Shown one piece after another: positions 9,047 through 19,086 of a DNA stretch of 64,000 nucleotides; within the stretch, counting starts at the first letter, position 1; each line of letters opens with the position of its first letter. Made by a program: the position numbers and the translations under genes. Source of the stretch: Microthrixaceae bacterium (GTDB taxonomy: Bacteria > Actinomycetota > Acidimicrobiia > Acidimicrobiales > Microtrichaceae); contig JACJWI010000009.1 of NCBI GenBank assembly GCA_020637215.1, positions 20,576-84,575 of the forward strand. The letters are read 5' to 3'. A model generated the notes under the pieces. That model was not told the origin of the DNA and did not search any database. It saw only the letters and a program-made list of their open reading frames with translations.

Positions 9047-12000
9047 GTGAAGTTCACCGTCACCCCGCTCGGCGGTGGCCGGGCCGACACGGCCCGGGTC
9101 GTGGACTCGATCGTCCGCTACCTGAACCCGCCCGCCGCCAAGACCCCCGGGGCGGGCGGCCCCGCTCCATCGGGGGCAGAGGGCGCGGAGCAGTACTACG
9201 CGGACAAGGGCGAGGAACCGGGTCGGTGGCTGGGCCGCTACGCCGCGACCACTGGCCTGGCGGGACCGGTGCAGCGCCATGACTTCGCGTCGGTGCTCGC
9301 TGGCCGTGATCCCCACACCGGGGAACGGTTGATCACCGCGCAGGGCTCGGCCGGTCGACGCCCGACGTTGGGTGCAGGGGCACACTCGCGGACCGGCGCC
9401 CACGGCGAGCGGCTCTATGACGTCGCGGACGCTGCCGCGGTCCTCGGGGTCACGCATCGCGAGGTCGGGCGCATGCTCGACGCCGGGACCCGCCTGGTGC
9501 TCGCGGCACTCCCGCCGACGGCCGGTCAAGGCTCAACCGGATATCCCGTTGGTCATCCGGTTGGCGCTGCCGAGACCGAGCCCGGCGCGGCGTACCTGGT
9601 CCCTTTGGTCGATGAGGACGGGTCCCGATGGGTGAGCGAGGAAGAGCTGGCCCGCTGCCAACAGGCCCGTGACGAGGGCGTGACACCCGAGCAGGTCCGT
9701 GCCCTCGGTGGCCCCGAGGATCAGCTGTCGATCAGCGACGCAGCCCGCCTCGCCGGTGTGACCAACCGCTACCTGCGCGGAGTTGCCCGTTACCACGAGG
9801 ACCACCCGGTGGAGATCGCCCAGTCGGTCGCCGCGGGTCGGCAGCCTCGCCGGGCGTACCTGGAAGCGCATCGGGGCACGAAGGGCCGCTGGTTGGTCAC
9901 CCGTGAGCACTTGGCCGAGTTCCTCGAACGACGACGACCACCGGCAGTGCGCGTCGCCTACGACCTGACGCTCACCACCGAGAAGTCCCTCGGGGTGTTG
10001 GCCCTGCTTGGCAACGACACGACCCGACGGGCGGTGCTGGGGTCGATCCAGGCCGGCAACGACTGGGCGCTCGGCTGGATCGAGGAACGTGCCGTGGGGC
10101 GCATCGACGGCCAACCAGTCGCGGCGCAGGGGTTGATGGTGGCGTCTTTCCGACACCTCACCTCACGGGCACTGGACCCGTTCCCCCACCATCACAACGT
10201 CGTGCTCAACACCGTCCAGGTTCCCGACGGTTCCCACCGGTCGCTGTGGTCACGCTGCCTGTACCGCAACGCCCAAGCCGCGTCCGCGTTGGCGACCGCG
10301 GAGATGCGCCACGAGCTCGCCAGCCAGCTCGATGTGCGATGGCGGCCCGGCCGCAAGTCCGGATGGGAGATCGACGGCATCGACCAGGCCGTCGTGTCGG
10401 AGTTCTCGAAGCGCCGCAACGAGATCGACGACGCCCTCGCCGAGCTCGAAACCGAGATCGGCCGTGGCGCGCATCCCGGCGAGGTCGAACACATCGTGTT
10501 GCGTACACGCCCCGCCAAGAACCACACCCCCGCCGACGAGCTCATCGCCGACTGGCGGGCACGCGCCGAAAGAGCCGGTCTGACCAGCGATGATCTCGAC
10601 CGGCTCGCCCCACCCATCCGTGAACCGGATACCCAACGGGATAGCCAACCGGATAGCCAGCGGGATAGGACAGAGACCGTCTACCGACTCCTCGCGGCCG
10701 ATGACGGGATCTGTGCCGGTGGGTCGGTGTTCGCCCGAGCCGACGCCATCGCCGCGGTCGCGAACGTCGGGGTCCCCGATCCCGACGGTGTCGCCCAACC
10801 ACTCCTCGGTGGCGCGACCCAGGTCCTCGAGCTGACCGACGGGTTCCTCGCGTCTGGCCATGTGGTCGCGCTCACCGACGGCGACGAGCCGCTGTTCACC
10901 ACCCGTGCGATGCTCGAGATGCAGAACCGCATCGCAGCACGGTTCCGAGCCGGTCGCCACGAAGGCACCCACCACGTCACCGACCACAACCTCGCAGTGG
11001 CACTCACCGGGCACCCGCACCTCACCGGTGAACAACGCGACCTCGTTCGGTCCTGGTGCCAAAGCGGACACCGGTTTCAACTCGCGATCGGCCGGGCCGG
11101 GACCGGCAAGACCACCACCGTCGCCGCCTGTGCCGATGCCTGGCGCGTCGCTGGCTACCGCGTCGTCGGTGCCGCGGTGAAGGGCGAAGCCGCGCGCACC
11201 CTCGCAGCGGCGACCGGGATCGAGTGCGAGACCGTCGCCTGGTACCTCGCGCACACCGACCCCGACCAGCCACCCCTCGACGCCCGCACCATCCTCGTCA
11301 TCGACGAAGCCTCCACGCTGCACGACCAAGCCCTCGACACGCTCATGGACATGGCCACCCGTACCGGGGCCGCCGTGCGCCTCGTCGGAGACCCCGCCCA
11401 ACACGGAGCGATCGCCGCCGGTGGGATGTTCCGGGTGCTCTGCGAACGGCACCCCCACATCACCCCCGAACTCACCACCAGTCACCGGCTCCAACACCCC
11501 GGCGACCGGCTGGCGGCGGACGCGCTCCGCCACGGCGACATCGACACCGCGTTCGACGCTCTCGCCGCGGCAGGGCACCTCCACGTCGTCGGTGATGACC
11601 TGACCATGTACCGCCAGATCCTCGGACGATGGTGGGACGCCCACCGCTACGGCGACGACCACCCCATGGTCGACCGGCGCAACACCACCCGCCGCCAGCT
11701 CAACCGCCTCGCCCACCTCCTCCGAGCCGTGAACGGCGAACTCGGCGACGACCAGATCCCCGCCAGCGGGGGACGCAGCTTCGCCACCGGCGACCGCGTC
11801 ACCGCCCGCGCCCCCAACCGCAGCCTCCACGTCGACGGCGACCGCCACGCCTACGTCCGCAACGGCGCCCTCGGCACCATCACCGCCACCCACCACAACC
11901 CGAAACGGCCAGCCGAGGATCGGATCACCGTCGACTTCGACGGTATCGGTTCGATCGAACTGCCCCGCAGCTTCTTCGACCACCACCGCACCACCGCCGG

Positions 12001-12328
12001 CCGGACCGAGGTCGGCATCGACCACGCCTACGCGCTCACCAGCTACGCCGTGCAGGGCTCCACCAGATCGGTCTCCACCAGTCGAGTCGACGCCACGGCC
12101 ACCCGCGCCGAGACCTACGTCGACATCACCCGAGGCCGCAACGCCAACCACCTCTACCTCACCGCAGCCACCGACCCCCTCGACGGCGAAGCCCTCCCCC
12201 GCATCCCCGCCCCACCCGCCGACATCGCCGTCGCCGACCGCCTCCACCGATCCACCGGCGAGCTCACCGCCTGGGAACTCGCCCACCCCATCGACCCTGC
12301 TTTGGCCGGTCGGGTGATCGAGCGATGA
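9047..12328 (+). CDS. MobF (TrwC-type) relaxase fused to RecD-like SF1 helicase, with internal HTH insertion
   Basis: YYADKGEEPGRWLG, YDLTLTTEKS, HUH motif HLTSRALDPFPHHHNVV; helicase motifs GRAGTGKTT, VIDEAS, LVGDPAQHGAI, YALTSYAVQGST. Confidence 0.93.
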   Translation: MKFTVTPLGGGRADTARVVDSIVRYLNPPAAKTPGAGGPAPSGAEGAEQYYADKGEEPGRWLGRYAATTGLAGPVQRHDFASVLAGRDPHTGERLITAQGSAGRRPTLGAGAHSRTGAHGERLYDVADAAAVLGVTHREVGRMLDAGTRLVLAALPPTAGQGSTGYPVGHPVGAAETEPGAAYLVPLVDEDGSRWVSEEELARCQQARDEGVTPEQVRALGGPEDQLSISDAARLAGVTNRYLRGVARYHEDHPVEIAQSVAAGRQPRRAYLEAHRGTKGRWLVTREHLAEFLERRRPPAVRVAYDLTLTTEKSLGVLALLGNDTTRRAVLGSIQAGNDWALGWIEERAVGRIDGQPVAAQGLMVASFRHLTSRALDPFPHHHNVVLNTVQVPDGSHRSLWSRCLYRNAQAASALATAEMRHELASQLDVRWRPGRKSGWEIDGIDQAVVSEFSKRRNEIDDALAELETEIGRGAHPGEVEHIVLRTRPAKNHTPADELIADWRARAERAGLTSDDLDRLAPPIREPDTQRDSQPDSQRDRTETVYRLLAADDGICAGGSVFARADAIAAVANVGVPDPDGVAQPLLGGATQVLELTDGFLASGHVVALTDGDEPLFTTRAMLEMQNRIAARFRAGRHEGTHHVTDHNLAVALTGHPHLTGEQRDLVRSWCQSGHRFQLAIGRAGTGKTTTVAACADAWRVAGYRVVGAAVKGEAARTLAAATGIECETVAWYLAHTDPDQPPLDARTILVIDEASTLHDQALDTLMDMATRTGAAVRLVGDPAQHGAIAAGGMFRVLCERHPHITPELTTSHRLQHPGDRLAADALRHGDIDTAFDALAAAGHLHVVGDDLTMYRQILGRWWDAHRYGDDHPMVDRRNTTRRQLNRLAHLLRAVNGELGDDQIPASGGRSFATGDRVTARAPNRSLHVDGDRHAYVRNGALGTITATHHNPKRPAEDRITVDFDGIGSIELPRSFFDHHRTTAGRTEVGIDHAYALTSYAVQGSTRSVSTSRVDATATRAETYVDITRGRNANHLYLTAATDPLDGEALPRIPAPPADIAVADRLHRSTGELTAWELAHPIDPALAGRVIER
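9533..9566. repeat. 12-bp repeat copies inside the relaxase (1 forward, 2 reverse)
   Basis: tcaaccggatat / atcccgttggtc / atccggttggcg; encodes STGYPVGHPVG. Confidence 0.8.
10621..10668 (+). repeat. Four tandem 12-bp repeat copies inside the relaxase
   Basis: tgaaccggatac ccaacgggatag ccaaccggatag ccagcgggatag; encodes EPDTQRDSQPDSQRD. Confidence 0.9.
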
Positions 12329-12408
12329 CCATCGAGGATTTTGTTGTCGGTTTTCGGGACTGTTCGCGGCTTACCCAGGTACGGAAACACACCAGGAGGC
12401 CCAGCCCC

Positions 12409-12636
12409 ATGACCACCGCACCTCCCGACACCCCCGCCGAGGTCCTCACCGTCGAGGAAGCCGCGGCGATCCTGCGCATCAGCCGCAACGCCGCCTACGC
12501 GGCGGCCCGTCAGTGGCGCGCCACCGGCGGCGAGACCGGCCTGCCCTGCATCGAGATCGGCCGCACCCTCCGGGTGCCCCGCGCCGATCTCGACCGGCTG
12601 CTGGGTCGCCACGGCCCGTCTCAGGCCGTGGCGTGA
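12409..12636 (+). CDS. Excisionase-like HTH_17 protein
   Basis: VLTVEEAAAILRISRNAAYAAA...GLPCIEIGRTLRVPRADL; AGGAGG RBS. Confidence 0.88.
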   Translation: MTTAPPDTPAEVLTVEEAAAILRISRNAAYAAARQWRATGGETGLPCIEIGRTLRVPRADLDRLLGRHGPSQAVA

Positions 12637-12646
12637 TCGGTCCACA

Positions 12647-14014
12647 ATGGCGGCCATGAGCTTTGAGGAGTGGCTACCCGCACCTGGCCATGCCCGCGGG
12701 TCGCATCTGATCGACTTCGTCGAGGCGTTGCTCGTCCGCTGTGAGGACCTGGCCGAGGGCCGCGATTGGGCACAGGTCGCGGTCGACGCTCGAGGTGTGC
12801 TGGACGCGATCCGATCGGCGGTCGCCGCCGAAGCACCCGGCATCGCCGTCTTCGACTTCGCCTCGGAGTTCGTCCATGCCCACCTCACCACGGTGGGCGC
12901 CGCGTTCGACGGGGTGGACCCGTTGGTCGCCGCGGTGGCGTGTGCCCGAGCGGTCGATGACATCTGGGGCGACGATCTCGCGTCCGAGTGGGCTGAGCTC
13001 TTGGCCTCGCGCGGCGACAGGATCGAGCCGGGCGACATCGTCTTGTCGGCGGGCAGCGACCACATCACTGACCTGTACTCGCCGGGGCGGGCGTTCTCGG
13101 CGCCTCGGTTCCGTGCCGCTGACGGCGCGGCTCGTACCCGTCGGGCGGGGATCTACCGGCCACAGCAGGGTGTTCCCTCGGTCGTGGTGGATCGTTCGCT
13201 CAGCCGGGTGCTCGCACCGCTGCTGGCCACCGGTGACGGGCGGGCGCGGCCATGGGTCGCTGGAGTGCCGAACACGTCGAGCGCGGAGTGGGACTTCGAC
13301 CGGGCACCGATCCGGCCCCGTGACCGTGTCCGCCACCTCGACGCCGCCGAACGCGTAGTGACCGACGCGTTCGCCCTCGACGCGGCGGTCGTGGTCCTGC
13401 CCGAGTTCAGCGGGTACGTCGATGTGATCGACCGGCTGCGCCAAGCACGCCCGCAGCGACCAACCCTCGTGGTGGCTGGCAGCGGTCACGAGTCGACAGG
13501 CAAGACCCTCCGCAACGTCGCATCGACCTGGATCGCTCGACCCGACGGGACGATCCCGCCCGACCAGCCCATCCGCACCCTCAAGCGTGTCCCCTACGAC
13601 GGGGCGCTGGGAACCGAGCCGCTGACCGAGGTCGCGTCCACGATCACCGTGCAAATCTCGGGGCCGTGGCGCATGGCCATCGGTATCTGCCGAGACCTCT
13701 GCGACCCCGCCATCACCGACGCGTTGGCCCAGCTCGGCGTGAACCTGCTGGTGGTCCCGGCCTGTTCACCCAAGACCACGAACCTGGCCCGCGGCGCCGA
13801 GGCTGTGGCCGTCGACGCCGGAGGGTTCGCGCTCGTCGCGAACGGACCCCCGACCTTCGAGCAACCGAACCGGCCACCAGCGAAGGTCGCCACGGCGATC
13901 TGGTGCACACCACTGGACCGGACCGAACCGCGCCTCATGGCCAGCACCGACACCGCCGGTGTTGTGATCGTCGACCTCAACGGTCACCGGCTCATCCCGA
14001 ACCCCTGGCCCTGA
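12647..14014 (+). CDS. Carbon-nitrogen hydrolase (nitrilase superfamily) domain protein with unknown N-terminal domain
   Basis: VVVLPEFS, LKRVPY and IGICRDL give a plausible E-K-C triad; VNLLVVPACS. Confidence 0.78.
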   Translation: MAAMSFEEWLPAPGHARGSHLIDFVEALLVRCEDLAEGRDWAQVAVDARGVLDAIRSAVAAEAPGIAVFDFASEFVHAHLTTVGAAFDGVDPLVAAVACARAVDDIWGDDLASEWAELLASRGDRIEPGDIVLSAGSDHITDLYSPGRAFSAPRFRAADGAARTRRAGIYRPQQGVPSVVVDRSLSRVLAPLLATGDGRARPWVAGVPNTSSAEWDFDRAPIRPRDRVRHLDAAERVVTDAFALDAAVVVLPEFSGYVDVIDRLRQARPQRPTLVVAGSGHESTGKTLRNVASTWIARPDGTIPPDQPIRTLKRVPYDGALGTEPLTEVASTITVQISGPWRMAIGICRDLCDPAITDALAQLGVNLLVVPACSPKTTNLARGAEAVAVDAGGFALVANGPPTFEQPNRPPAKVATAIWCTPLDRTEPRLMASTDTAGVVIVDLNGHRLIPNPWP

Positions 14015-14103
14015 ACCACAGATAGTTAACGGATAGTTGCTATCTCGGTTGGTGGTTCGTACCATTGGGTTCGAGACCACAGCGCACCCGAGGAGGTGCC
14101 CCG

Positions 14104-14622
14104 ATGCCCCGCCCATCTCCCAGCGATGCCAAGGCCACGGACCTGATCCAGTTGATCGGTGCCCCATCGCGAACCGACTCCCTGGCGCGTGGCTGTGGCC
14201 GCACGCTCATCGCTGGGCCATCACGACCGGCGCTGCTCGATCTGCTCGGTGAACTCGGCGCGTGGGAGCACCGCTTGGCATCAGAAGCGGCGACGACCGC
14301 CGACCCTGTCGCGGCCGCTGAGACCCGCGGCGCGGTCCACGCCCTTGCCCTGGTGGTCGAAGCCGCTGCCGAAGCCGCACGCAGCTCCTCGGTGCCCACC
14401 AACGAGGTTCTGCTCGCCGAGCTCGCCGCTTCCCCTTCGGCGATGCTGCCCAGCGAGCTGGCCGACACGCTCCAGCTGTCACGCCAAACCGTCACCCAAG
14501 CACTGCGCCGCCTGGCCGACAAGGGCCTGGTCCGCAAGCACGACGGCCCCAAGGCCGACGGCCGCACCGTCCCCTACGAACTGACCCCATCGGGTCGACG
14601 CCTGGCCGCGGCGCCTGGCTGA
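14104..14622 (+). CDS. MarR-type winged-helix regulator (C-terminal wHTH)
   Basis: PSELADTLQLSRQTVTQALRRLADKGLVRK...DGRTVPYELTPSGR; GAGGAGG RBS. Confidence 0.85.
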   Translation: MPRPSPSDAKATDLIQLIGAPSRTDSLARGCGRTLIAGPSRPALLDLLGELGAWEHRLASEAATTADPVAAAETRGAVHALALVVEAAAEAARSSSVPTNEVLLAELAASPSAMLPSELADTLQLSRQTVTQALRRLADKGLVRKHDGPKADGRTVPYELTPSGRRLAAAPG

Positions 14623-14658
14623 CCGCACCCACACCGGTCAGGCCAGGCGACCGCTGGC

Positions 14659-15354
14659 TCACAGGTCGAGGACCCAGGTGCTCCACAGGACGACGTCGGG
14701 CTGGTCTTGGAGCCGGGCCGGTTCGCGAGCGACCCCCGAGATGATCTGGCCGATCCGGGCCGCGACCTCGCGGTCGCGCTGCGCTAGCACGTCGGGGGCG
14801 ATCCCGGCGTGGGCATCCTCGGAGAACACGTGGACCACAGCGTTGACGTGGTGGGTTTCGGACCGGTAGCCCCGGGCGCGGAGGTGCTTGCGGATCGCAC
14901 GACGGAGCGCTTCGACGTGTTCGACCGGGGCGCCCACCACCCGTGAGAACCCGAACGTCTCCACCGTGTCGGCCACGACCGACGCCAGCAAGTCCATCCC
15001 GTCGGGAGCTTCGACGGGCGCGAACCACGTGTCGATCACCCGCAGACACGACCGACACGTCGGCACCAGCGAGATCACCTGCCAACGACGGAACGTGCCG
15101 CCCTCACCCGCGGCCATCTCGACCCACCCACGGCCACACAAGGTCTTGGGCGACCAGCGCTCGTGATAGAGCGCGGCCTGGTCATAGCCGGCAATGACCT
15201 CCGGTAGCTCGGCGTACTCGGCGCCGGCCACCTTCACCGCCGCCCGCCGATCATCACCGTCGCACAGCGACGCCAGGTGTGCTTCCGCTCCGCTGGTCTC
15301 GACCAACAGAAGGTCGTGCCCCAGCACCTCGATCACGTTCACATCGCTGGTCAC
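14659..15354 (-). CDS. Hypothetical protein with Cys/His cluster
   Basis: GTGA overlap with the integrase stop; LYHE...TLCGRGW...PTCRSC. Confidence 0.65.
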   Translation of the reverse strand: MTSDVNVIEVLGHDLLLVETSGAEAHLASLCDGDDRRAAVKVAGAEYAELPEVIAGYDQAALYHERWSPKTLCGRGWVEMAAGEGGTFRRWQVISLVPTCRSCLRVIDTWFAPVEAPDGMDLLASVVADTVETFGFSRVVGAPVEHVEALRRAIRKHLRARGYRSETHHVNAVVHVFSEDAHAGIAPDVLAQRDREVAARIGQIISGVAREPARLQDQPDVVLWSTWVLDL

Positions 15355-17045
15355 GACCGCTCCCCCTCTCCGCTCTCGGCCACGACCGTGGCCTCCGTCG
15401 AGGTGTCCATGACGGGGGTGTCGTCGCCGAGCGGGGCCAGGTGCGACACCGCGGCATGAGCCGCGGCGATGCAGCGGCCCAGTGCCCGCCCGTACTCGTC
15501 GGCTCTGACCATCTCGTCCGCCGCGACAGCCAGCAACGACGTCGCCGTCTCGGAGGTCTCCGAATCGCTGCGGGTCGATGACCGAAACGCGGGCCGCTGG
15601 AACGTGCGTGCCAGCTGATCACACACCTGGGGCAGCCGGTCGACGAGCACACCCAGCTCGCCCAACAGCCGGTAGGTGTCACCCACGTCCTGCCACCCAA
15701 CCGTGCCCGCCGATGGCGCGGCAAGGGTGAGGCGGTTCATCCTGCGCACCGCCTCGGCCGCGATCTCCGCCATCGTCGAAGGGTCCTCGATGCCACCCAA
15801 CGCCTCGAGCACACCATCGACACCGACCTGGGCCACCTTCCCCGACAGCCCATTCACCGTCGCCACGGCGGTCCCCATCGCGGTCCTGACCATGTGGGCG
15901 TTGCGCAGCACCTGCGCGAACGCGACGGCCGCTTCGGCCTGCATGCCCGGCAACACGTGCTGGTACACCGACATCGTGAACGCCGGGTTCGAATGCCCGA
16001 GCCGTTCGCACACCACCTTCACCGACACCCCCGCCTGCAACAGCAGCGTCGCATGGGTATGGCGCAGGTCATGCAGAGTGATCTCAGGGACCGCGATCCT
16101 CGCGACGACCCGATCGAAGGTCTGGCTGAACACGTCAGGGTGGATCCACGCCGTGTCGGGCTTGGAGAACACCAACGCCTCCTCGCCGATCAGCCCACCG
16201 GCCTCGACCTCACGGGCCTTGCGCCACTGGCGCAGGACCTCGACGGTCTCCTCTTCGATGTCGATCGTGCGCCGCCCCGACCCGGTCTTCACATCAGAGA
16301 TGTGCATCTCATAGGCCACCGACACCAACGCCTGGCGCACCGACAGACGGTTCGCGTCGAGATCGAGGTCCTTCCACCGCAACCCCAACACCTCCCCCCG
16401 GCGCATCCCCGTGTACGACGCCAGATGGAACGCCGGGGCGAGACGGTGCGCCTCGATCGCTTCGAGGAACACGTCGAGCTGCTCCGCGGTCCACGCCTTG
16501 ATCTCGATCTGCTTGCGGGCGCCGACCTTGGGAGGATCGGCCAGCGCGGCGACGTTGCGGATCACCAGGCCCTTGCGCTCCGCGTCCGCGAGCGCCTTGT
16601 GCACCACCAGATGGATCGACCGCACCGTCTTCGGCGCCAGACCCTCCCCCGTACGAGTCGCCGCCTTGCGGCCCCGCACCAGCAACGACGCGTACAACGC
16701 GTCGAGGTCGCTCGCGGTCAGCTTCTCCAACGGCATCTTCGCCAGCGCCGGCAACACGTGTAGCTCGATGTTGCGCCGATACGAATCGAACGTGCTCTTG
16801 CGGATCTGGCTCTCCTGGATCGGCAACCACCGCCCCGTCAGGTACTCACCCAACGTCAGCTTCTCGGTCGCGACCGACACCCCCTGGTTGCGGCGCTTCA
16901 CCAGATCGGTCACCAGCTTCTCCGCGTCGCTGCGACGCGGGCCCGCCGAGACCCACTTGCGCTTCTCCTTGCCCGTGCCCGGGTCGACACCGTCGTAGAC
17001 GACCGCGTAGTAGCTCTTGCCCTTCTTGACGACATAACCGCGCAT
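15351..17045 (-). CDS. int: Tyrosine recombinase/integrase with about 170-aa C-terminal extension
   Basis: N-terminal arm-binding region MRGYVVKKGKSYY; catalytic motifs TGMRRGE, KTGSGRR, HDLRH, LGHS, VYQHV. Confidence 0.95.
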   Translation of the reverse strand: MRGYVVKKGKSYYAVVYDGVDPGTGKEKRKWVSAGPRRSDAEKLVTDLVKRRNQGVSVATEKLTLGEYLTGRWLPIQESQIRKSTFDSYRRNIELHVLPALAKMPLEKLTASDLDALYASLLVRGRKAATRTGEGLAPKTVRSIHLVVHKALADAERKGLVIRNVAALADPPKVGARKQIEIKAWTAEQLDVFLEAIEAHRLAPAFHLASYTGMRRGEVLGLRWKDLDLDANRLSVRQALVSVAYEMHISDVKTGSGRRTIDIEEETVEVLRQWRKAREVEAGGLIGEEALVFSKPDTAWIHPDVFSQTFDRVVARIAVPEITLHDLRHTHATLLLQAGVSVKVVCERLGHSNPAFTMSVYQHVLPGMQAEAAVAFAQVLRNAHMVRTAMGTAVATVNGLSGKVAQVGVDGVLEALGGIEDPSTMAEIAAEAVRRMNRLTLAAPSAGTVGWQDVGDTYRLLGELGVLVDRLPQVCDQLARTFQRPAFRSSTRSDSETSETATSLLAVAADEMVRADEYGRALGRCIAAAHAAVSHLAPLGDDTPVMDTSTEATVVAESGEGERS

Positions 17046-17264
17046 GGCTGTTCCTTCGAGGTAGTCCAGAAGGAACGCCGAGCAGCCTTGCGTCCGCACC
17101 CGGGGCGTTCGACGGGTAACGCGGGACTGTGCCGACCACCCTACGCCCACTCGGGGGAACGGTCTACCGCCCCTGATCGACACGCCCCCTCCCCGAGGAC
17201 CCGACGACCGAACCGGATCATCCTTCTCTGCTTCACCCACCTCACCGCATCAGCGAGGGTCCCG

Positions 17265-17636
17265 TCAGCTCCAAGCAGACGGCGGTTCCTCGGCATCCCA
17301 GACTCGCTCATACTCATCAGCCACCTGAGGCCAGATCCGCCGCCGACCGTCGTTAACCGAGGCAAGCCCATCCGCCCAATCCCCAAGAAGCACGAAGTCG
17401 TGGGGGATGGTTCGTCCCGAGGCGTCACGCCGACCCGCAGGATCGGGAAACCGCAGCCCCACCCTGCCCGCCACCCGACACCACGACTCTGGCTCATCTC
17501 CGATCGCCGAGAACGTGGCCTCGTAGAGCTCAAGCGGGTCCGCCAAGCCACCACGACGGAGGAAGCGGAAGCCCCAGCTTCGGCCGCGGGTGGCCCATAT
17601 GACCCCACGATCGAGGTCCAGCGGCCTCACGCTCAC
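17265..17636 (-). CDS. Small hypothetical protein coupled to the GTPase pseudogene
   Basis: ATG overlaps the upstream stop (ATGA); Trp/aromatic-rich VIWATRGRSWGFRFL...RTIPHDFVL. Confidence 0.7.
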   Translation of the reverse strand: MSVRPLDLDRGVIWATRGRSWGFRFLRRGGLADPLELYEATFSAIGDEPESWCRVAGRVGLRFPDPAGRRDASGRTIPHDFVLLGDWADGLASVNDGRRRIWPQVADEYERVWDAEEPPSAWS

Positions 17637-18815
17637 TTGCGACTCCGGAGGAAGACACGTTGCTGCTCACCCTCGTCGAGATCCAGGCGGAAGCGAGAAA
17701 GGACTGCGACCAGATGGTCGCGCTTGGCTAGAGCTGCTGAGTTGATCTTGACCAGTTGATCCGTTCCGAGATTGGCAGCCACCGCCAACGCTCCGGCCAC
17801 GAGCTGACCACCTGCGAGGCCCTTGAGATCCTTCAAGTTCCTGACGTTCTTTATCCCTTGAGCTTCTTGATGCCCTCGTCCCCGGACTTTCCAAGCAATG
17901 CCGTAGCGAGGGTTCCGACGCCCGCCAGGAGGTTCTCTGCCACCTTGGCCCGATCTGCTTCTGCTCGGCCCACTTGATGTGCCCTCCAGCGGGAGCATGG
18001 CGGTGATGGGCAGGAGAAGGTCGAGACCGATGCGCTCGGTCACCTCGATCTTGTTCGGCTCGAACTTGGCGGACGAGAGCAGCAAGAAGTCCTCGCCTAC
18101 AGCGAGGGCGTCCGGAGAGTCCACAAGTCGCTCGAGGACCTTACGCAGCTCGCTGAGGTCATCAGCAGCTCGGTCGATCACCAGATTACGGAACCCGAAC
18201 ACGTCGAGACCTGGGGAGCAGGTCCGCCTTCGATAGGGGCCAGGATCCAGATTCGAGGAACTCGACAAGACGCTGCCCGTCCACCAACAGGTCGTCTTCG
18301 AGCCGGAGCAGCCCGGTCCGGAAGCTGCCGAGCAGTGACTTCAGATAGCGCTCCCTTCGCCCTCGTTGTCCAGAAGCTTCTGGCCATCGACGAGAAGGAC
18401 GGCGACGTCGGATCGCAGCAGCGATCGAAAGGTGTCAACCCTGCGCTCCTCTTCCTCGCTGCCGCTGACGTCCTGGTCAAACCATTCCCCGGGTAGTCGT
18501 GCCAGACGAGACGCAACGCGCCGAACGGACGGGACCCTTCGCGGGCGACCTTGTCCTTCAGCTTCACCGTGAACGCAGGACGTGGCAGCGAAGCGCGTGG
18601 GCTCGGGTAGTCGCGCCGAGTCCTTCATCCCGAGGTAGTTGCGATGCAAACCGGTGACCCAGACCAGTGTCATCCGCCGTGACATCGAACAGGCTGGACT
18701 GCAAGAACTGCGGCTCCTGCGTCGCCCCGTAGAACGACGAGACCAGAACGGTCTTGTTGCTGCCACCTCGCCGAACACGGCGATGTGCTGCTCCAGCTGG
18801 TTGCCTCAGTTGCAT
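17633..18815 (-). pseudogene. Multiply frameshifted P-loop (TRAFAC-type) GTPase
   Basis: Stitching frames gives LEQHIAVFGE-GSNKTVLVSSFYG (broken G1), WHDYPGEWF (G3 DxxG), LSKAD (G4). About 6 frameshifts; visibly lower GC than the flanks. Confidence 0.75.
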
Positions 18816-19086
18816 GGGGGAAGGTACTTCGCCCTGCGTCACGACCCACCGCCCGGCGTTCAGCATTCGCCGCTCTTGGCGACCCACGGTCCGGTGTGGC
18901 GGATGAGCTCAACCCGAGGGAACGGTCCACCACCCCTTCCGCCCTGACCGTTCCCCTGAGAACCCGAAGATCACCCCAACTGCCGTGAGCGAGCCTCGCG
19001 AGCGGTCCGAACCCCAAGCCACGCAAGGACCGCCGTCATCCCGGCCCGGACCGTCCTGTCACCGACCGTCGTGGGCTGTACCAGGC

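Noticed and set aside
10621-10668. 12-bp array as CRISPR or assembly artefact
   Set aside because: Units are too short and have no spacers; the copies differ from each other and recur in both orientations at several loci.
10250-12286. 678-aa minus-strand ORF opposite the relaxase
   Set aside because: Antisense shadow caused by GC3 bias; no motifs.
12325-12408. Longer excisionase starting at the ATG overlapping the relaxase stop
   Set aside because: A strong AGGAGG precedes ATG 12409, and the extra residues show no HTH_17 features.
17046-17264. Second att site (copy of the tRNA 3' end) beside the integrase
   Set aside because: No match to the tRNA-fMet 3' sequence here or elsewhere in the window.
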